Positions 1 to 10,715 are shown, counted from the first letter of the stretch. The stretch is 64,000 nucleotides of DNA from an uncultured Acidimicrobiia bacterium (GCA_963786955.1 CAWBAT010000008.1:160001-224000); one strand, 5' to 3'. Translations and numbers: made by a program. The notes: generated by a model not told the origin, from the letters alone.

Positions 1-1626
1 ACAGGCGCCATTGGTGGTAGTTTGAAAACCGGGCGAGGGAGTCACCATCTCGGTTCCGGCGGTTTCCAGGTACCCTCCCTTGGCCACCGCGGACACTCCT
101 CCCCATAGCCAGGGCGCCGCCCCGTTCGGGAATTGATAAGCCTTGTAGCCCCGCATTTCCGAAACCGCCAATTCCGGGAAGAAGTAGACCAGTGGCAGAT
201 GGGCGTAGAAAATATCCGGGATGACTTCCATGTCCGGCCAGTCGATGATGCCAGACATCAATCCGAACAGGCCGTCCTCTTTGCGGCACCAGTCTCCAAT
301 GGGAGGCTGGGCCACCGCCCAGAAACTGCAAATCGGGAATAAGTGCAGGATATTGACCAGCGCTTCCCTTAACCACACGGGGTATTGGGTTTCGCCATAG
401 ATCACTTGTTGCCAGGCGAGGACGCGGCCAAGCAGCGAAGTGTGCTCCCGGCTGACAAATTGGGCCACCTCCAAAGCGTTCTTGAATCGTGTCGTGTACA
501 TGTGGGCAAAGTTATGATCGCCTTCTCCGATCCAGAGTGGAGCGTACCAGGCCAGCACAAACCGGATGACCTTCTTTTCGCCGGGCTGCAGTTGGTAATC
601 CACCGCCATCGAACGGCTGAGATCCATCTCCTTTGCCCGAGGAAGTACAGAACCAATTTTGGACCAGGCGTCCCCGGAGTGGATGGCCGTCCCATCCCCT
701 CCAAGCCCCGCGCCGTACCGCGCTTTCGCACTGCCAATCACCCCCAGGGCATAGCCCACGTTGTTTTCCAATTCCGAGCTTACCCACAAACCGGTGAAAT
801 CCCCTTCCGATTCGACGACGCGAGCGCGTACTTCCCGTTCTGCCACGGGAAGCCAAGTGTGGGGATTCTTTCCGGGCATGCTTGTGCCGTGGAGCATTTT
901 GCGAGGGCTGCCCGGTGCGATCTGGACTTCCTCTTGAGTGGGTCCCGGAAAACTGAAAGCAAGTACCCCCTGCTGCGGCAAATTCGTCTGATTGCGGAGA
1001 TGCACTTCAAATACGGCGGCGGGCGTGTTACTTGCGGCGGAATCTCCAGGAATGAATGGACTCCATGCGCGCAACCCCACGCGAACCGGGGAGCCAGCAG
1101 TTTCATATTCAAGATCGGCCACCGGGAAGTGGCCCCAGTAATGAATTTCACTGGGGCTTCCGCCGTCTGTGGAGTACCAGCTTTCATTGGAACTGAGCGA
1201 TGCCGTGGTGAGCAGCCACATCTGCTTGCCAACGGTAAAGCCCAGGAATGGGAGTTTCAGCGGTCCCCGCATCGGCACGAAGGAATTGAAGATGGAAGTC
1301 AAACCGAGCCTTCCATCCGTCTCGAGCATAAGACAACCGGTGTCGAGACTTCCCAAAGGCATGCCAAACGTTGCCGGATTCTTTCGCCCGCGGATGATTC
1401 CGCAAACCGGTTTGGAAAACCCCGCGGCAGGGAACTCGGACCATTCATTTGCCTTGAGGTTCGTGGGAAAGAGCGAATCGCCCAGTGCCGATTCTTCGAT
1501 TCGCGCTGAGGAAGGGTCGGCAGCCCCAGGAAGTGGAGCGGCAGCGCTTTGATCACCGCCGCCAAACAACTGATAGGCACCTGCTAGGGACGCCAGCGAA
1601 CCTCGCAAAAAGTTTCGTCTGTCCAA
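1..1626 (-). CDS. GH116-family glycoside hydrolase (GBA2-like), Tat-exported; C-terminus truncated by the window edge
   Basis: Hand translation of both ends from TTG at 1626 (GGAGG 6 nt upstream): MDRRNFLRGSLASLAGA..., GMPLGSLDTG, YWGHFPVADLEY, VGLRAWSPFIPGD..SNTPAAVFEV, PVWLREALVNILHL, YFFPEL, all in the same frame. It reaches position 1 without a stop, so it is absent from the ORF track. Confidence 0.8.
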   Translation of the reverse strand, partial: MDRRNFLRGSLASLAGAYQLFGGGDQSAAAPLPGAADPSSARIEESALGDSLFPTNLKANEWSEFPAAGFSKPVCGIIRGRKNPATFGMPLGSLDTGCLMLETDGRLGLTSIFNSFVPMRGPLKLPFLGFTVGKQMWLLTTASLSSNESWYSTDGGSPSEIHYWGHFPVADLEYETAGSPVRVGLRAWSPFIPGDSAASNTPAAVFEVHLRNQTNLPQQGVLAFSFPGPTQEEVQIAPGSPRKMLHGTSMPGKNPHTWLPVAEREVRARVVESEGDFTGLWVSSELENNVGYALGVIGSAKARYGAGLGGDGTAIHSGDAWSKIGSVLPRAKEMDLSRSMAVDYQLQPGEKKVIRFVLAWYAPLWIGEGDHNFAHMYTTRFKNALEVAQFVSREHTSLLGRVLAWQQVIYGETQYPVWLREALVNILHLFPICSFWAVAQPPIGDWCRKEDGLFGLMSGIIDWPDMEVIPDIFYAHLPLVYFFPELAVSEMRGYKAYQFPNGAAPWLWGGVSAVAKGGYLETAGTEMVTPSPGFQTTTNGAC

Positions 1627-1830
1627 TGAATTCCTCCATGAGGGAATCTCCGCGGACGGATGCTTCGCACTTAGGGTCTGTCCGGGGATATCCATTGTGG
1701 TTTCCGACTCGCGGCGACTATACACTTTGACAACTTTGTTCGCAATCCTCCCTCAAAAATGCCAACAGTTACTACTCTGTTTCGTGAAGGGTCTCTCCTG
1801 TAATGGTGCTCATAGAGTGTCGTAGAAACT

Positions 1831-1867
1831 CTCCCCTCCTTTTTTAAGGAGGGGATATAGGGGTGGT
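1831..1867. repeat. CCCCTCC-N-GGAGGGG REP-like palindrome
   Basis: ctcccctccttttttaaggaggggatataggggtggt, nearly identical to the copy at about 17637-17671. Confidence 0.85.
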
Positions 1868-2053
1868 AGGTATTACCTTGTCCACTTCTTTCCAGAAGGA
1901 AGGCGTGAGGAGGAATGCAACTCAGTCGGGCTTCAAAATTGGAAATAATTCTCATTCCCCCTTTCACGGGTTTCAGAAATGTTGTGCTAAACTGGGGCAG
2001 TCGGTTTTATACTTTGTTCGAAACGCTGCCGCCAGGCCTAACCAGCATCGCCG

Positions 2054-3901
2054 TTGATGCGCCAGCATTCAGATCCACCCAGGAAACCTCACGTGAAATC
2101 CTTTCGCCGCCATTTTCTTGGCTCTTTGTCTGTCCTACTGAGTTCCAAACTACTCGATGCGGTCACGACTCCCCTCTGGAAATGGAGTAGTATACCAACC
2201 CTTTCCGCTGCGCCGCTTCTTGTTCCTGACGAAACCTCACCAGTTACATTTGTAGATGTGGCTGAAGAAGCGGGGCTGGTCACCCCGAACGTCTGGGGAG
2301 GAGTGGAACGCAAGAAGTACATTATCGAAGCCAAAGGGAGTGGACTGGCGTTCTTCGATTACGACAATGACGGTTGGCTGGATATCTACCTGACGAACGG
2401 ACTCCGATTGGGAGAGACCTACGAGCCTGGAAAAGCTCCGATCCAACATCTCTTTAAGAACAACCGCGACGGGACATTTACTGATGTGACCGAAAAAGCT
2501 GGTTTGGCGCGGAGTGGCTGGGGCACGGGAATCTGCGTCGGTGATTACAACAATGATGGTTGGGACGACCTGTTCTGTTGCTATTGGGGTCACAACGTCC
2601 TTTGGCACAACAATGGAGACGGCACTTTCACGGATGTGACAAGGAAAGCGGGACTCTGGGAAGAACGCGTGAGATGGGGTTCAGGTTGTTCGTGGGTTGA
2701 TTATGATCGCGACGGCCTTCTTGACCTATTCGTTTGCAATTACCTTGAATTCGACATGAAGAATATCCCCTCCCCGGGTGAATCTCGCTATTGCCAGTGG
2801 AAAGGCCTGCCCGTGATGTGCGGGCCTCGTGGACTTCCCGGCGGGATGAATATTCTTTACCATAACCGCGGGGATGGAACGTTTGCCGATGTTTCGGAAA
2901 AGGCAGGCATTCTGAAACCTGGGCCGAGGTATTCCATTACTGCCGTTGCCTATGACTTTGACAATGACGGCTGGCCTGATATTTATGTGGCTGTAGACTC
3001 GGCTCCGAGTATGTTGTTTCATAATAACCGTGACGGATCATTTACAGAAACGGCTATGGTAGCGGGCTGCGCGTTTAGCGAGGATGGGCAGGAGCAGGCC
3101 GGCATGGGTGTGGGTGTGGGAGACTATGACTGTGACGGATGGTTTGACATCTTCAAAACCAATTTCGCCGATGATACCGCTGACCTATACCATAACTTTG
3201 GGGACGGGACTTTTGAAGTCGTCACATTCCCGGCAGGTGTTGGGGTTAACACCCAATACGTCTGCTGGGGAGCCGGGTTTATGGATTATGACAACGACGG
3301 CTGGGTGGATATTTTTCAGGTCAACGGTCACGTATACCCTGAAATTGAAAAGATGCTGACCGGCGTAAGCTTCAAGAACCCGCGTATTGTTTACAGGAAT
3401 CTCGGCAACGGAAAGTTCAAGGATGTCTCAGCCCAAATGGGTCCTGGGGTGAATGAGAGATTTTCCAGCCGCGGCTGTGCTTTTGGGGATTACGACAACG
3501 ATGGGGATATCGATGTCGTGGTCATGAACATGAATGACAGGCCCTCTCTCCTGCGCAATGACGGGGGAAATAAGAACAATTGGATCAAACTTAAATTGAT
3601 TGGCACACAGTGTAATCGCAGCGCAATTGGCGCGCGTGCTCGGGTGACAATAGGGAAACACTCTCAAATGGACGAGGTCCACACGGGCACTAGCGTCATG
3701 TCGCAAAGCGACTTGCGCCTTCACTTCGGCGTTGGCGATGCAAAGGTCATTGACCTCATCGAAATAAAGTGGCCCACAACGTGGAAAACGGAAGTGTTTA
3801 AATCGGTCAAAGTGAATCAGATTCTCACCATTAAGGAGGGGCGCGGAATAATCAAGGCCGAAGTGCTTCAAGCGCCAGGGAAACTCGTTGTCGTGAAGTA
3901 A
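2054..3901 (+). CDS. CRTAC1-family protein (FG-GAP repeats plus ASPIC/UnbV domain), Tat-like leader
   Basis: Repeated DYDNDGWxD motifs, C-terminal SVMSQSDLRLHFGVG, N-terminal SFRRHFLG. Confidence 0.9.
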   Translation: MMRQHSDPPRKPHVKSFRRHFLGSLSVLLSSKLLDAVTTPLWKWSSIPTLSAAPLLVPDETSPVTFVDVAEEAGLVTPNVWGGVERKKYIIEAKGSGLAFFDYDNDGWLDIYLTNGLRLGETYEPGKAPIQHLFKNNRDGTFTDVTEKAGLARSGWGTGICVGDYNNDGWDDLFCCYWGHNVLWHNNGDGTFTDVTRKAGLWEERVRWGSGCSWVDYDRDGLLDLFVCNYLEFDMKNIPSPGESRYCQWKGLPVMCGPRGLPGGMNILYHNRGDGTFADVSEKAGILKPGPRYSITAVAYDFDNDGWPDIYVAVDSAPSMLFHNNRDGSFTETAMVAGCAFSEDGQEQAGMGVGVGDYDCDGWFDIFKTNFADDTADLYHNFGDGTFEVVTFPAGVGVNTQYVCWGAGFMDYDNDGWVDIFQVNGHVYPEIEKMLTGVSFKNPRIVYRNLGNGKFKDVSAQMGPGVNERFSSRGCAFGDYDNDGDIDVVVMNMNDRPSLLRNDGGNKNNWIKLKLIGTQCNRSAIGARARVTIGKHSQMDEVHTGTSVMSQSDLRLHFGVGDAKVIDLIEIKWPTTWKTEVFKSVKVNQILTIKEGRGIIKAEVLQAPGKLVVVK

Positions 3902-4018
3902 TTTCCTGGCCACCTTTCGCCCATGCGGAAAGGCGCTTCGGTTTTGACAGTTGATCCACTGTGAACATCGCGGCCGGGAACCCGGGCCGCGCAGCAGCCG
4001 GAAGGGAATAGCCTTATC

Positions 4019-6859
4019 GTGCGCCAACATGCTGTGCTGTTAATGAAGGGCTTATTTATTGCGATATTAACCCTGCTGGCCCATGGGGCCGGTGGGAGAG
4101 CCCAGTCCCCGCAACCAGCCAAAACCATCAACCCGCATTCCGTCCAACAATCTTCATCCCAAGAAAAGGTCTCATTTCCTCTTAGCGGAACCGCTCCGAT
4201 CACGCCTCCACTTTCCGGCGATATTCGTGAGGAACAACGCCAGCAGATTATCCGTTATTACCTGCAGCAAATCGCCGCCACCCCAGACAAACGGGATCGT
4301 CTCTGGCACCCTAACTTTTCCTCAACTGCTTTCTACCAGACATCTCTTCAAGAGCATCAGAACCGCCTGCGCGAGATGTTAGGGCTCATCCAGCCGGAGC
4401 TGGGACCGCCACAGGTTAAGCTCCTCGCGGAAAAGAAAAATCTGCGGATCGAGGAACTGACCCTTCCAATCGACCAGGAGTTGAGCGTGCGTGCCTTTAT
4501 TTTCTTGCCGCACTCCAGTGCGCCTACGGCCGCCGTCATTGTGATTCCCCCGGATAATCAAAGCCGCGAAGAATTCACCGGGGCTGCAACAGGGATGAAG
4601 CCTGCCAAATGGTTACGCGCGCTCCTTGAGCGAAACATCGCGGTTGCGGTTCCACTCATGGCGGAACGCCGCGATGATCATCCGATCTGCCGGCAGGCGG
4701 GCGGGAAGGATCGCCGGCGAGTGTTATGGCGGGCGGGCTTTATCGTCGGCCGTACCCTGGTCGGGTTGGAAGTGCAGCAAGTGCTGGCTCTCCGGGAATT
4801 CCTGGCTTCCCAGAAAGAGATCAATGGCAAACAAATTGCCGTGATGGGTGAAGGTCAGGGGGGGATGACCGCGTTGTATGCGGGGGCTGTGGAGGGGCGC
4901 TTCGCGGCAGTTGCAAGCCTTGACTACTTCCAGCAAAGGGAAAATTGCTGGGAAGAACCCGTAGACCGCGTCCTCTATGGACAACTGAACGAATTCGCCG
5001 ATGCGGAGGTGGCTGCGCTGATCGCTCCTCGACCTTTGTGGATTGTCACGAAGCCAGGAGTTGTGATTCCTCTGGCCAGTGTAACGGCCGAATTCAGCCG
5101 CGCACAGCGCTTTTACAAGGGGCTGAGGATACCGGGAAACCTGAAGATCATTGCTGCCTCTAATGCTGGACTCGAAGACGCGGCAATAAAGATCGCTTCG
5201 TTGTTTGGTGGTTTGCAGAAAGGCAAGACGGCTGAATTTACCCTGCGCATTTTGCCGGAGCAAATCGAGGGTGCTCGAAATCAGAATTTTGAAGCTCTCT
5301 TTGCATACCTCCGGCGCCTAGACACCGTGAGTGAACAAGTCCGGGCAGACTATTGGCAACTCAACTCGATACCGCCCCAGGAACGCCCGCTGAAGGCGCA
5401 GAAGCTCCGAACGGAATTAGCCGGCTTGATGGGTGAATTCACGTTTGAAGCGGTTCCACTGCGTCCTCGCACGGGTTTGATTGGAGAAACGGAGAAGTTT
5501 TTGGCTTATGAAGTTGTGCTGGACGTTGCGCCGGGCATCGAAGTGTATGGGCACCTTCTGGTTCCTCGAACTGTGGCGGGCCAGGTCAAGAAACGCCTTC
5601 CGGCAGTTGTCTGTCAGCACGGCTTCGACGGCGCTCCGAAGTATATCACCGGCATTGGGACCGAACTCGAGAACAACGATCATTTTTATCACCGGTTCGG
5701 AGAACGTCTGGTTGAGCGTGGCTACGTCGTCTTTGCCCCCTATATGACGGTTCCGGAAGACCACCGCCCCCCCAACATCGTGTACCGGGCAGATCTCATC
5801 AATCCGTTAGTGCGTCTGACCGCTTCACTGGGCTTGATGCGCACGAGCATTGAACTGACGAAGCTCCATCGGGTGGTTGATTTTCTGCAGTCATTGTCTT
5901 TTGTCGACCCGGACCGGATCGGTTATTACGGCTTGTCCTATGGCGGTTATTCGGCCATTTGGATGGCCCCTTTGGAACCACGTCTGAAGCTGGCTGTCAT
6001 TTCGGCCCACTTTAACGACTGGCAAACAATGCTCACTGATACAGAGCGTTACGGCGACTCCTATTGGACGCTTCCGGACGAGGACTTTTACAACTGGAAC
6101 GTCCTCAACCGATTCGTGCATACCCAACTGATCGCCGCAATGTGGCCGCGCCCGGTATGCATCGAATATGGTTCAGGGGATCCCGTGACGACTCCCGAGT
6201 GGCATGAGCGGGCCTGGAAAGAGGTGAAAGCGTTTGGCGACTCATGGGACATGCAAGACAAGCTGGTGGATGACCGTTTCAACGGAGGCCACACCATCCA
6301 CGGGATTGGGACATTTTTCTTTCTGGACCGATGGCTTCGACCGGAACGGTCGGCGGGACGTGACTATGGCTGCTGCGATGACGAATTCTGCGACAAGACC
6401 ATGGCGCCCGACTATCATGGATACATTCCGGCATCCAAAAACTCTGTGCCCTATGCCGCGCAACTTCTGAGCTCAGGTCCTAATTCAACGATGCGCGGCA
6501 GATTTTACGTTTCTGACGGCAAGACTGTGTTGACGGGCGTGGCCTTTAAATTTGCAAGCAACGGCAATCCCGGAGACCTTCTCGTGCGGTTCGGGTCTTC
6601 GGAAGGGTCGGATGATCTAGGAGAAGCAAGGATCTCCGGGAAGGACGTGTATCCTCAGGTAGATCTGTGGTACGAAGCCGCTCTCAGCAAGCCAATTCGG
6701 CTGGACCCCAAGAAATTGTACTTCTTTGAAATCACAGTGGCATCGGGACAGGTTCCCGGAGATGGCTACACCGTCTTCGGACCGAAACCTTTGGGCGGTG
6801 AGGATGATGCTTCCCATTTTGGATTGTCCTTTCGAACGCTGACGAGAAAGAATGAATAG
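4019..6859 (+). CDS. Secreted tandem alpha/beta-hydrolase (dienelactone hydrolase / acetylxylan esterase-like)
   Basis: Signal peptide; two modules with GEGQGG and GLSYGG elbows; VAALIAPRP and IAAMWPRP; VVCQHG. Confidence 0.75.
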   Translation: MRQHAVLLMKGLFIAILTLLAHGAGGRAQSPQPAKTINPHSVQQSSSQEKVSFPLSGTAPITPPLSGDIREEQRQQIIRYYLQQIAATPDKRDRLWHPNFSSTAFYQTSLQEHQNRLREMLGLIQPELGPPQVKLLAEKKNLRIEELTLPIDQELSVRAFIFLPHSSAPTAAVIVIPPDNQSREEFTGAATGMKPAKWLRALLERNIAVAVPLMAERRDDHPICRQAGGKDRRRVLWRAGFIVGRTLVGLEVQQVLALREFLASQKEINGKQIAVMGEGQGGMTALYAGAVEGRFAAVASLDYFQQRENCWEEPVDRVLYGQLNEFADAEVAALIAPRPLWIVTKPGVVIPLASVTAEFSRAQRFYKGLRIPGNLKIIAASNAGLEDAAIKIASLFGGLQKGKTAEFTLRILPEQIEGARNQNFEALFAYLRRLDTVSEQVRADYWQLNSIPPQERPLKAQKLRTELAGLMGEFTFEAVPLRPRTGLIGETEKFLAYEVVLDVAPGIEVYGHLLVPRTVAGQVKKRLPAVVCQHGFDGAPKYITGIGTELENNDHFYHRFGERLVERGYVVFAPYMTVPEDHRPPNIVYRADLINPLVRLTASLGLMRTSIELTKLHRVVDFLQSLSFVDPDRIGYYGLSYGGYSAIWMAPLEPRLKLAVISAHFNDWQTMLTDTERYGDSYWTLPDEDFYNWNVLNRFVHTQLIAAMWPRPVCIEYGSGDPVTTPEWHERAWKEVKAFGDSWDMQDKLVDDRFNGGHTIHGIGTFFFLDRWLRPERSAGRDYGCCDDEFCDKTMAPDYHGYIPASKNSVPYAAQLLSSGPNSTMRGRFYVSDGKTVLTGVAFKFASNGNPGDLLVRFGSSEGSDDLGEARISGKDVYPQVDLWYEAALSKPIRLDPKKLYFFEITVASGQVPGDGYTVFGPKPLGGEDDASHFGLSFRTLTRKNE

Positions 6860-6978
6860 GCCCCTCTTACGAGAGGGGATCTTTTATTATTCCCCTCCTA
6901 TGCTGGAGGCGCTAGAGCTGGGTCTCTTTTTGGTAGCGATGGCTGGCAAATTTCATTTTTCACCGGAGGACTCTACCT

Positions 6979-9279
6979 GTGGATCGGAGAACATTTTTGC
7001 AAAGCGCCATGGGAGGACTGACTGTGCTGGCGGGATGGAGGGCATTCCTAGCGGAATCCCAAGCTGGAACTCTGCCAGCTATTGGAGCAGGGCAGACTGA
7101 CTTCCCGGAAGACAATTACCAGATGCCGGAATGGTTGCATTATGCACAGCCGGTCTATTTCGATGGCTACTCACCCCCGGTCTATCCGCATGTGGCCGAC
7201 TTTGACGCCAAACGCTTGGTGGACGTGGTTCTTGAGTTGGGTGGAAATCTCTTGAGATTTCAGCCGATCGGCTATTTTGCCTATTACCCGAGCAAAGCGT
7301 TCCGGGTTGATCCCGAACTGGGTGGCAGAGACTTGATCAACGAAGTCTCGCGGGAGTGCCGGCACCAGGGCGTCCACTGCTATTGTTACACGGGATATGG
7401 CCATCCCCACATGGAAGTCGGCTGGGCTGACCAACATCCGGAATATGCCGACTGGGTGATGCGCGATCCGGAAGGAAAGCCTTACGGAACTTATAATCAC
7501 ATCGGCTGGCCCATGCGGCAGAGGGTCTGTACGACGGGCGATGCTTACCGCGCCGGAATCCGCCAGGTGGTCAAAGAACTCTGTGAACATGACATTGACG
7601 GTGTGTACTTTGATGCTCCGAGCGGTTTCGGATATACGGGGGTTTGCTTTTGCGATTCCTGCAGGCAAAATGTCAAGAAATTCAGCGGTCTGGATCTGGA
7701 TCGCCTTCGCGGAATTGTAAAGTATCAAGGTCTTCCCTTTGAATGGGGTGATCTGCCAGCCGACACGGATATAGAGGCGCTCACGGCCTGGTATGTGTGG
7801 GCCAACCAACTGACCAAAGAAGATCTACTGGACTTTCGCAAGATCATCCACGGCAGCGGGAAGTTCATGATGTGTCATAACGGACAGGCGTGGATCGGGA
7901 CTTCGCTTTTCTTGCAATACCGGATTCCCGAGGGCTTCATGGTGGAAGCGAGTCGAGATGTGCATGAGCGGCTGATGCGGGGGATGAAGGGCGCATCGAT
8001 GGCGCGGCCGCACAATAAGGTGGCGCAAATGTACCTGGGCGGTTACATGACGTCGTGGTGGGAGGAACCACCTCACGAGCGGCCCTGGGTCGTGCACAAC
8101 ACCAACGTGGAAGATGGAGATGAAATCCGCATGGAGGGATTCACGAACCTGGCCTGTGGAAATACTCCGCTTTATGCGACGGCAAACCGGTTTTATTTCA
8201 AGGTTGGAAGCGGGAGCGCCAAACCCGCTCAGGAAGTCTATGCGTTCATGCGGCGTGTGGAAGGGATCCATAAAGGCAGTGTTCCGGTACCCTACGTTTC
8301 AATTGTTCCCACTTGGGAATCGCTACAGCTCTTTCGGACGAACCGGAAGAGCTGGAATTGGCCGATTATGACGAGCGCGTTGGGATTGACATTGCTCGAC
8401 GAACGTATCAGCGTGGATGTCCATGTGAGCACGGAGATGAGCGACGCCTGGTTCGAGCAGCAGCGCGTGATTGCGTTGTGCGGCGCCTCTGGAATATCGA
8501 CTCGGCAGGCGGAGAAGTTTGCCAAGTGGGTGGAAGACGGCGGTGGTCTGCTGGCCACCTACGATACGGGGCTGTACGACGAGCACGGCGACATGCGAAA
8601 GGATGGGGGAGCCCTGCGCGAGGTCTTGGGAGTGCGAATGATCGGCGAGCCGTCGAGAAGCCAGCCGGAATGTTTCTACCGGGTGAAGGAGGCTCATCCG
8701 GCGCTGGGAGAACTGGAGTTGGGAGCCGTGGTGCAGGGGGATGGGCGATTAGTGCCGACCGAGACATTGGCTGGAGCCAAATTGTTGGCGGAATGCTGGA
8801 ATCTGGGAACTGGCGAAGTCCGCGGCCCGGCGGTGGTTGTGAACAACTATGGGAAGGGGCGGGCGATTTACAGCAGTGGGAGCCTAGAGGCCAATTACCT
8901 CTATGACCGGGTGAAATCAACCAGGCAGATGTTGGCGGCAATGGTGCGATACCTTGGAGGAGGAGCCCCGCAGCCTTACACCTTGAAGGCGCCCACGGGC
9001 GTGTACGCGGTCTTGCGGCGTGCGCCGAATGGAGATTTGGCACTGTGGGTATTGGCCAATGTGGGCTTCAAAGACGCCGTGGTGGGAAGGATGCGGCAGG
9101 AATATTTGCCGTTATCGCTAATCGAAGTGGGGATCCGCATCCCGGAGGGGAAACAAGCGAAGTCGATGCGCTTGATGCGAGGTGAACAGTCTGTCCCGTA
9201 CAAAGTTGAGGGAGGGTATGCGATGGCAACCATCCCGACACTTCACATTGCTGAAGTGGTGCATCTGGCGCTGGTATGA
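6979..9279 (+). CDS. Tat-exported putative glycoside hydrolase (GHL6-like TIM barrel plus beta-galactosidase trimerisation-like domain)
   Basis: MDRRTFL leader; AYYPSK, GRDLINE, DGVYFD, CFCDSC, GGGLLATYDTG. Confidence 0.75.
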   Translation: MDRRTFLQSAMGGLTVLAGWRAFLAESQAGTLPAIGAGQTDFPEDNYQMPEWLHYAQPVYFDGYSPPVYPHVADFDAKRLVDVVLELGGNLLRFQPIGYFAYYPSKAFRVDPELGGRDLINEVSRECRHQGVHCYCYTGYGHPHMEVGWADQHPEYADWVMRDPEGKPYGTYNHIGWPMRQRVCTTGDAYRAGIRQVVKELCEHDIDGVYFDAPSGFGYTGVCFCDSCRQNVKKFSGLDLDRLRGIVKYQGLPFEWGDLPADTDIEALTAWYVWANQLTKEDLLDFRKIIHGSGKFMMCHNGQAWIGTSLFLQYRIPEGFMVEASRDVHERLMRGMKGASMARPHNKVAQMYLGGYMTSWWEEPPHERPWVVHNTNVEDGDEIRMEGFTNLACGNTPLYATANRFYFKVGSGSAKPAQEVYAFMRRVEGIHKGSVPVPYVSIVPTWESLQLFRTNRKSWNWPIMTSALGLTLLDERISVDVHVSTEMSDAWFEQQRVIALCGASGISTRQAEKFAKWVEDGGGLLATYDTGLYDEHGDMRKDGGALREVLGVRMIGEPSRSQPECFYRVKEAHPALGELELGAVVQGDGRLVPTETLAGAKLLAECWNLGTGEVRGPAVVVNNYGKGRAIYSSGSLEANYLYDRVKSTRQMLAAMVRYLGGGAPQPYTLKAPTGVYAVLRRAPNGDLALWVLANVGFKDAVVGRMRQEYLPLSLIEVGIRIPEGKQAKSMRLMRGEQSVPYKVEGGYAMATIPTLHIAEVVHLALV

Positions 9280-9289
9280 CGCAGCCCAA

Positions 9290-9415
9290 CTCCCCTCCTT
9301 ATTTAGAGGAGGTGGAGCGGGCGCTCCCGCGCACGCTCAATGCTCGGAGGGAAAGCGGTCAATGACCGCTGTTCGTTCCCCCTTGTCCCCTCTCTCTCGT
9401 TGGGGCGAGGGGAGC
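9290..9415. repeat. Cluster of fused REP-like palindromes (CCCCTCC, GGTGG and GCGGTC-GACCGC families)
   Basis: tcccctccttatttagaggagg runs directly into aggtggagcgggcgctcc; then gcggtcaatgaccgc and cccctctctctcgttggggcgagggg. Confidence 0.7.
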
Positions 9416-9458
9416 CGTTAATTCATTATTGTGTTCATTTCCAACCTTGAAGATTCCT

Positions 9459-10640
9459 ATGAATGATGAAAACCAGACCCGCCGAAAGTTTCTGAAGAAA
9501 TCATCGTGGCTCGCTGTTGGCACGGCTGCAGCACTAAACTCTGTTTCGGGCGAATCTGCCGTGACCCCAACCAACAAAGAAACACCCGTACATCTACTGC
9601 CAAATGCCAAAGACTTGCCTAATGGCGGAAAACCGATCAAATTGTTTTGTTGCGACTTGAATTTTATCGCTCCCAAGGGAGAGCGAGTGGTGATGGCGCC
9701 AGCCCTGCCCCAGGACTGGGCCTTCATTAACCCCGAGGAATACTTTGCCTGGCATCGGGATTTCGGCGTGAACATCTTCTTCTTGCAGGGTTATTCCCAA
9801 TGGGGATACGCCTATTATCCGACGAAGCTCGGGCCCGTAGGACCTGGACCCGGCAGAGATTTGTTTCCCAGGCTTTTTAAAATGGCCCAGAAAGCGGGAC
9901 TTCCTTTTTGCGGCTATTTTTGCATTGCTATGGACCCTTACATCAGCAATAGCCGCCCGAACTGGCTCGTTCCCACCACTCGAAACCATAACGAGGTAGG
10001 ACTTTTGGCGCCCGAGAGTCCTTGGACAGATTTGCTCTGCGCCCGCATCACCGAGTTCTTGCGCCTCTATCCTGTCGACTGGATCAATTTTGACTGCTTT
10101 AATTATGGGAAATACGATTGCAATGATTTCCCGGTGCAGCCATCAGCTTTCGTCAAAAATCCGTTCCGGGAAATTATCGGGCGGGACATGCCGGAGAAAG
10201 CATCCGAGATCAGCCCGGAGGAAAGCCTGAAGTACAAGCGGGAAGTTATGGCCCGGCAATTCCATCGCATCCAGGAAGCCATGCACAAAGGCAACCCGGA
10301 AACCAAAGCGAACTTCAATGTGCCATTTTACAGACCGGCGGAACCGATGTGGGTGGACCATCCGATGGTCAACGAATGTGACCAACTCATCGCGGAATCA
10401 TCGGATGCTGTAGTGGATTGGCTTCTGAAGATCCGCAAACCGAATCAACGGGTCATGACTACCATCATCGGTCGTCCCGATGTCAAGGGGTTGTGCGATC
10501 CCAACACTTGGAAAAAATGGTACGAATCCGGATGCGACTTTTTCGGATATGCGCATGGAACTTCGCCTGATTTTCGTCCCCACCCCGCTCTTCGTGAACA
10601 AGTCGAAATTGTTCGACAAGCTTATCGGCAAATGCCGTAG
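9459..10640 (+). CDS. Tat-exported GHL6/GH29-like putative glycoside hydrolase
   Basis: MNDENQTRRKFLKK leader; GYAYYPTKLG..GRDLF; YPVDWINFD. Confidence 0.6.
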   Translation: MNDENQTRRKFLKKSSWLAVGTAAALNSVSGESAVTPTNKETPVHLLPNAKDLPNGGKPIKLFCCDLNFIAPKGERVVMAPALPQDWAFINPEEYFAWHRDFGVNIFFLQGYSQWGYAYYPTKLGPVGPGPGRDLFPRLFKMAQKAGLPFCGYFCIAMDPYISNSRPNWLVPTTRNHNEVGLLAPESPWTDLLCARITEFLRLYPVDWINFDCFNYGKYDCNDFPVQPSAFVKNPFREIIGRDMPEKASEISPEESLKYKREVMARQFHRIQEAMHKGNPETKANFNVPFYRPAEPMWVDHPMVNECDQLIAESSDAVVDWLLKIRKPNQRVMTTIIGRPDVKGLCDPNTWKKWYESGCDFFGYAHGTSPDFRPHPALREQVEIVRQAYRQMP

Positions 10641-10715
10641 TTGCGGCCACCCGGGCTGTCGATGCCAGCCGCAATTCATATTCCCACCTACCCCGCATCT
10701 TTTCCGGAGGAGAAA

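Noticed and set aside
385-1509. 374-aa plus-strand ORF
   Set aside because: Antisense shadow of the GH116 gene; no recognisable motifs.
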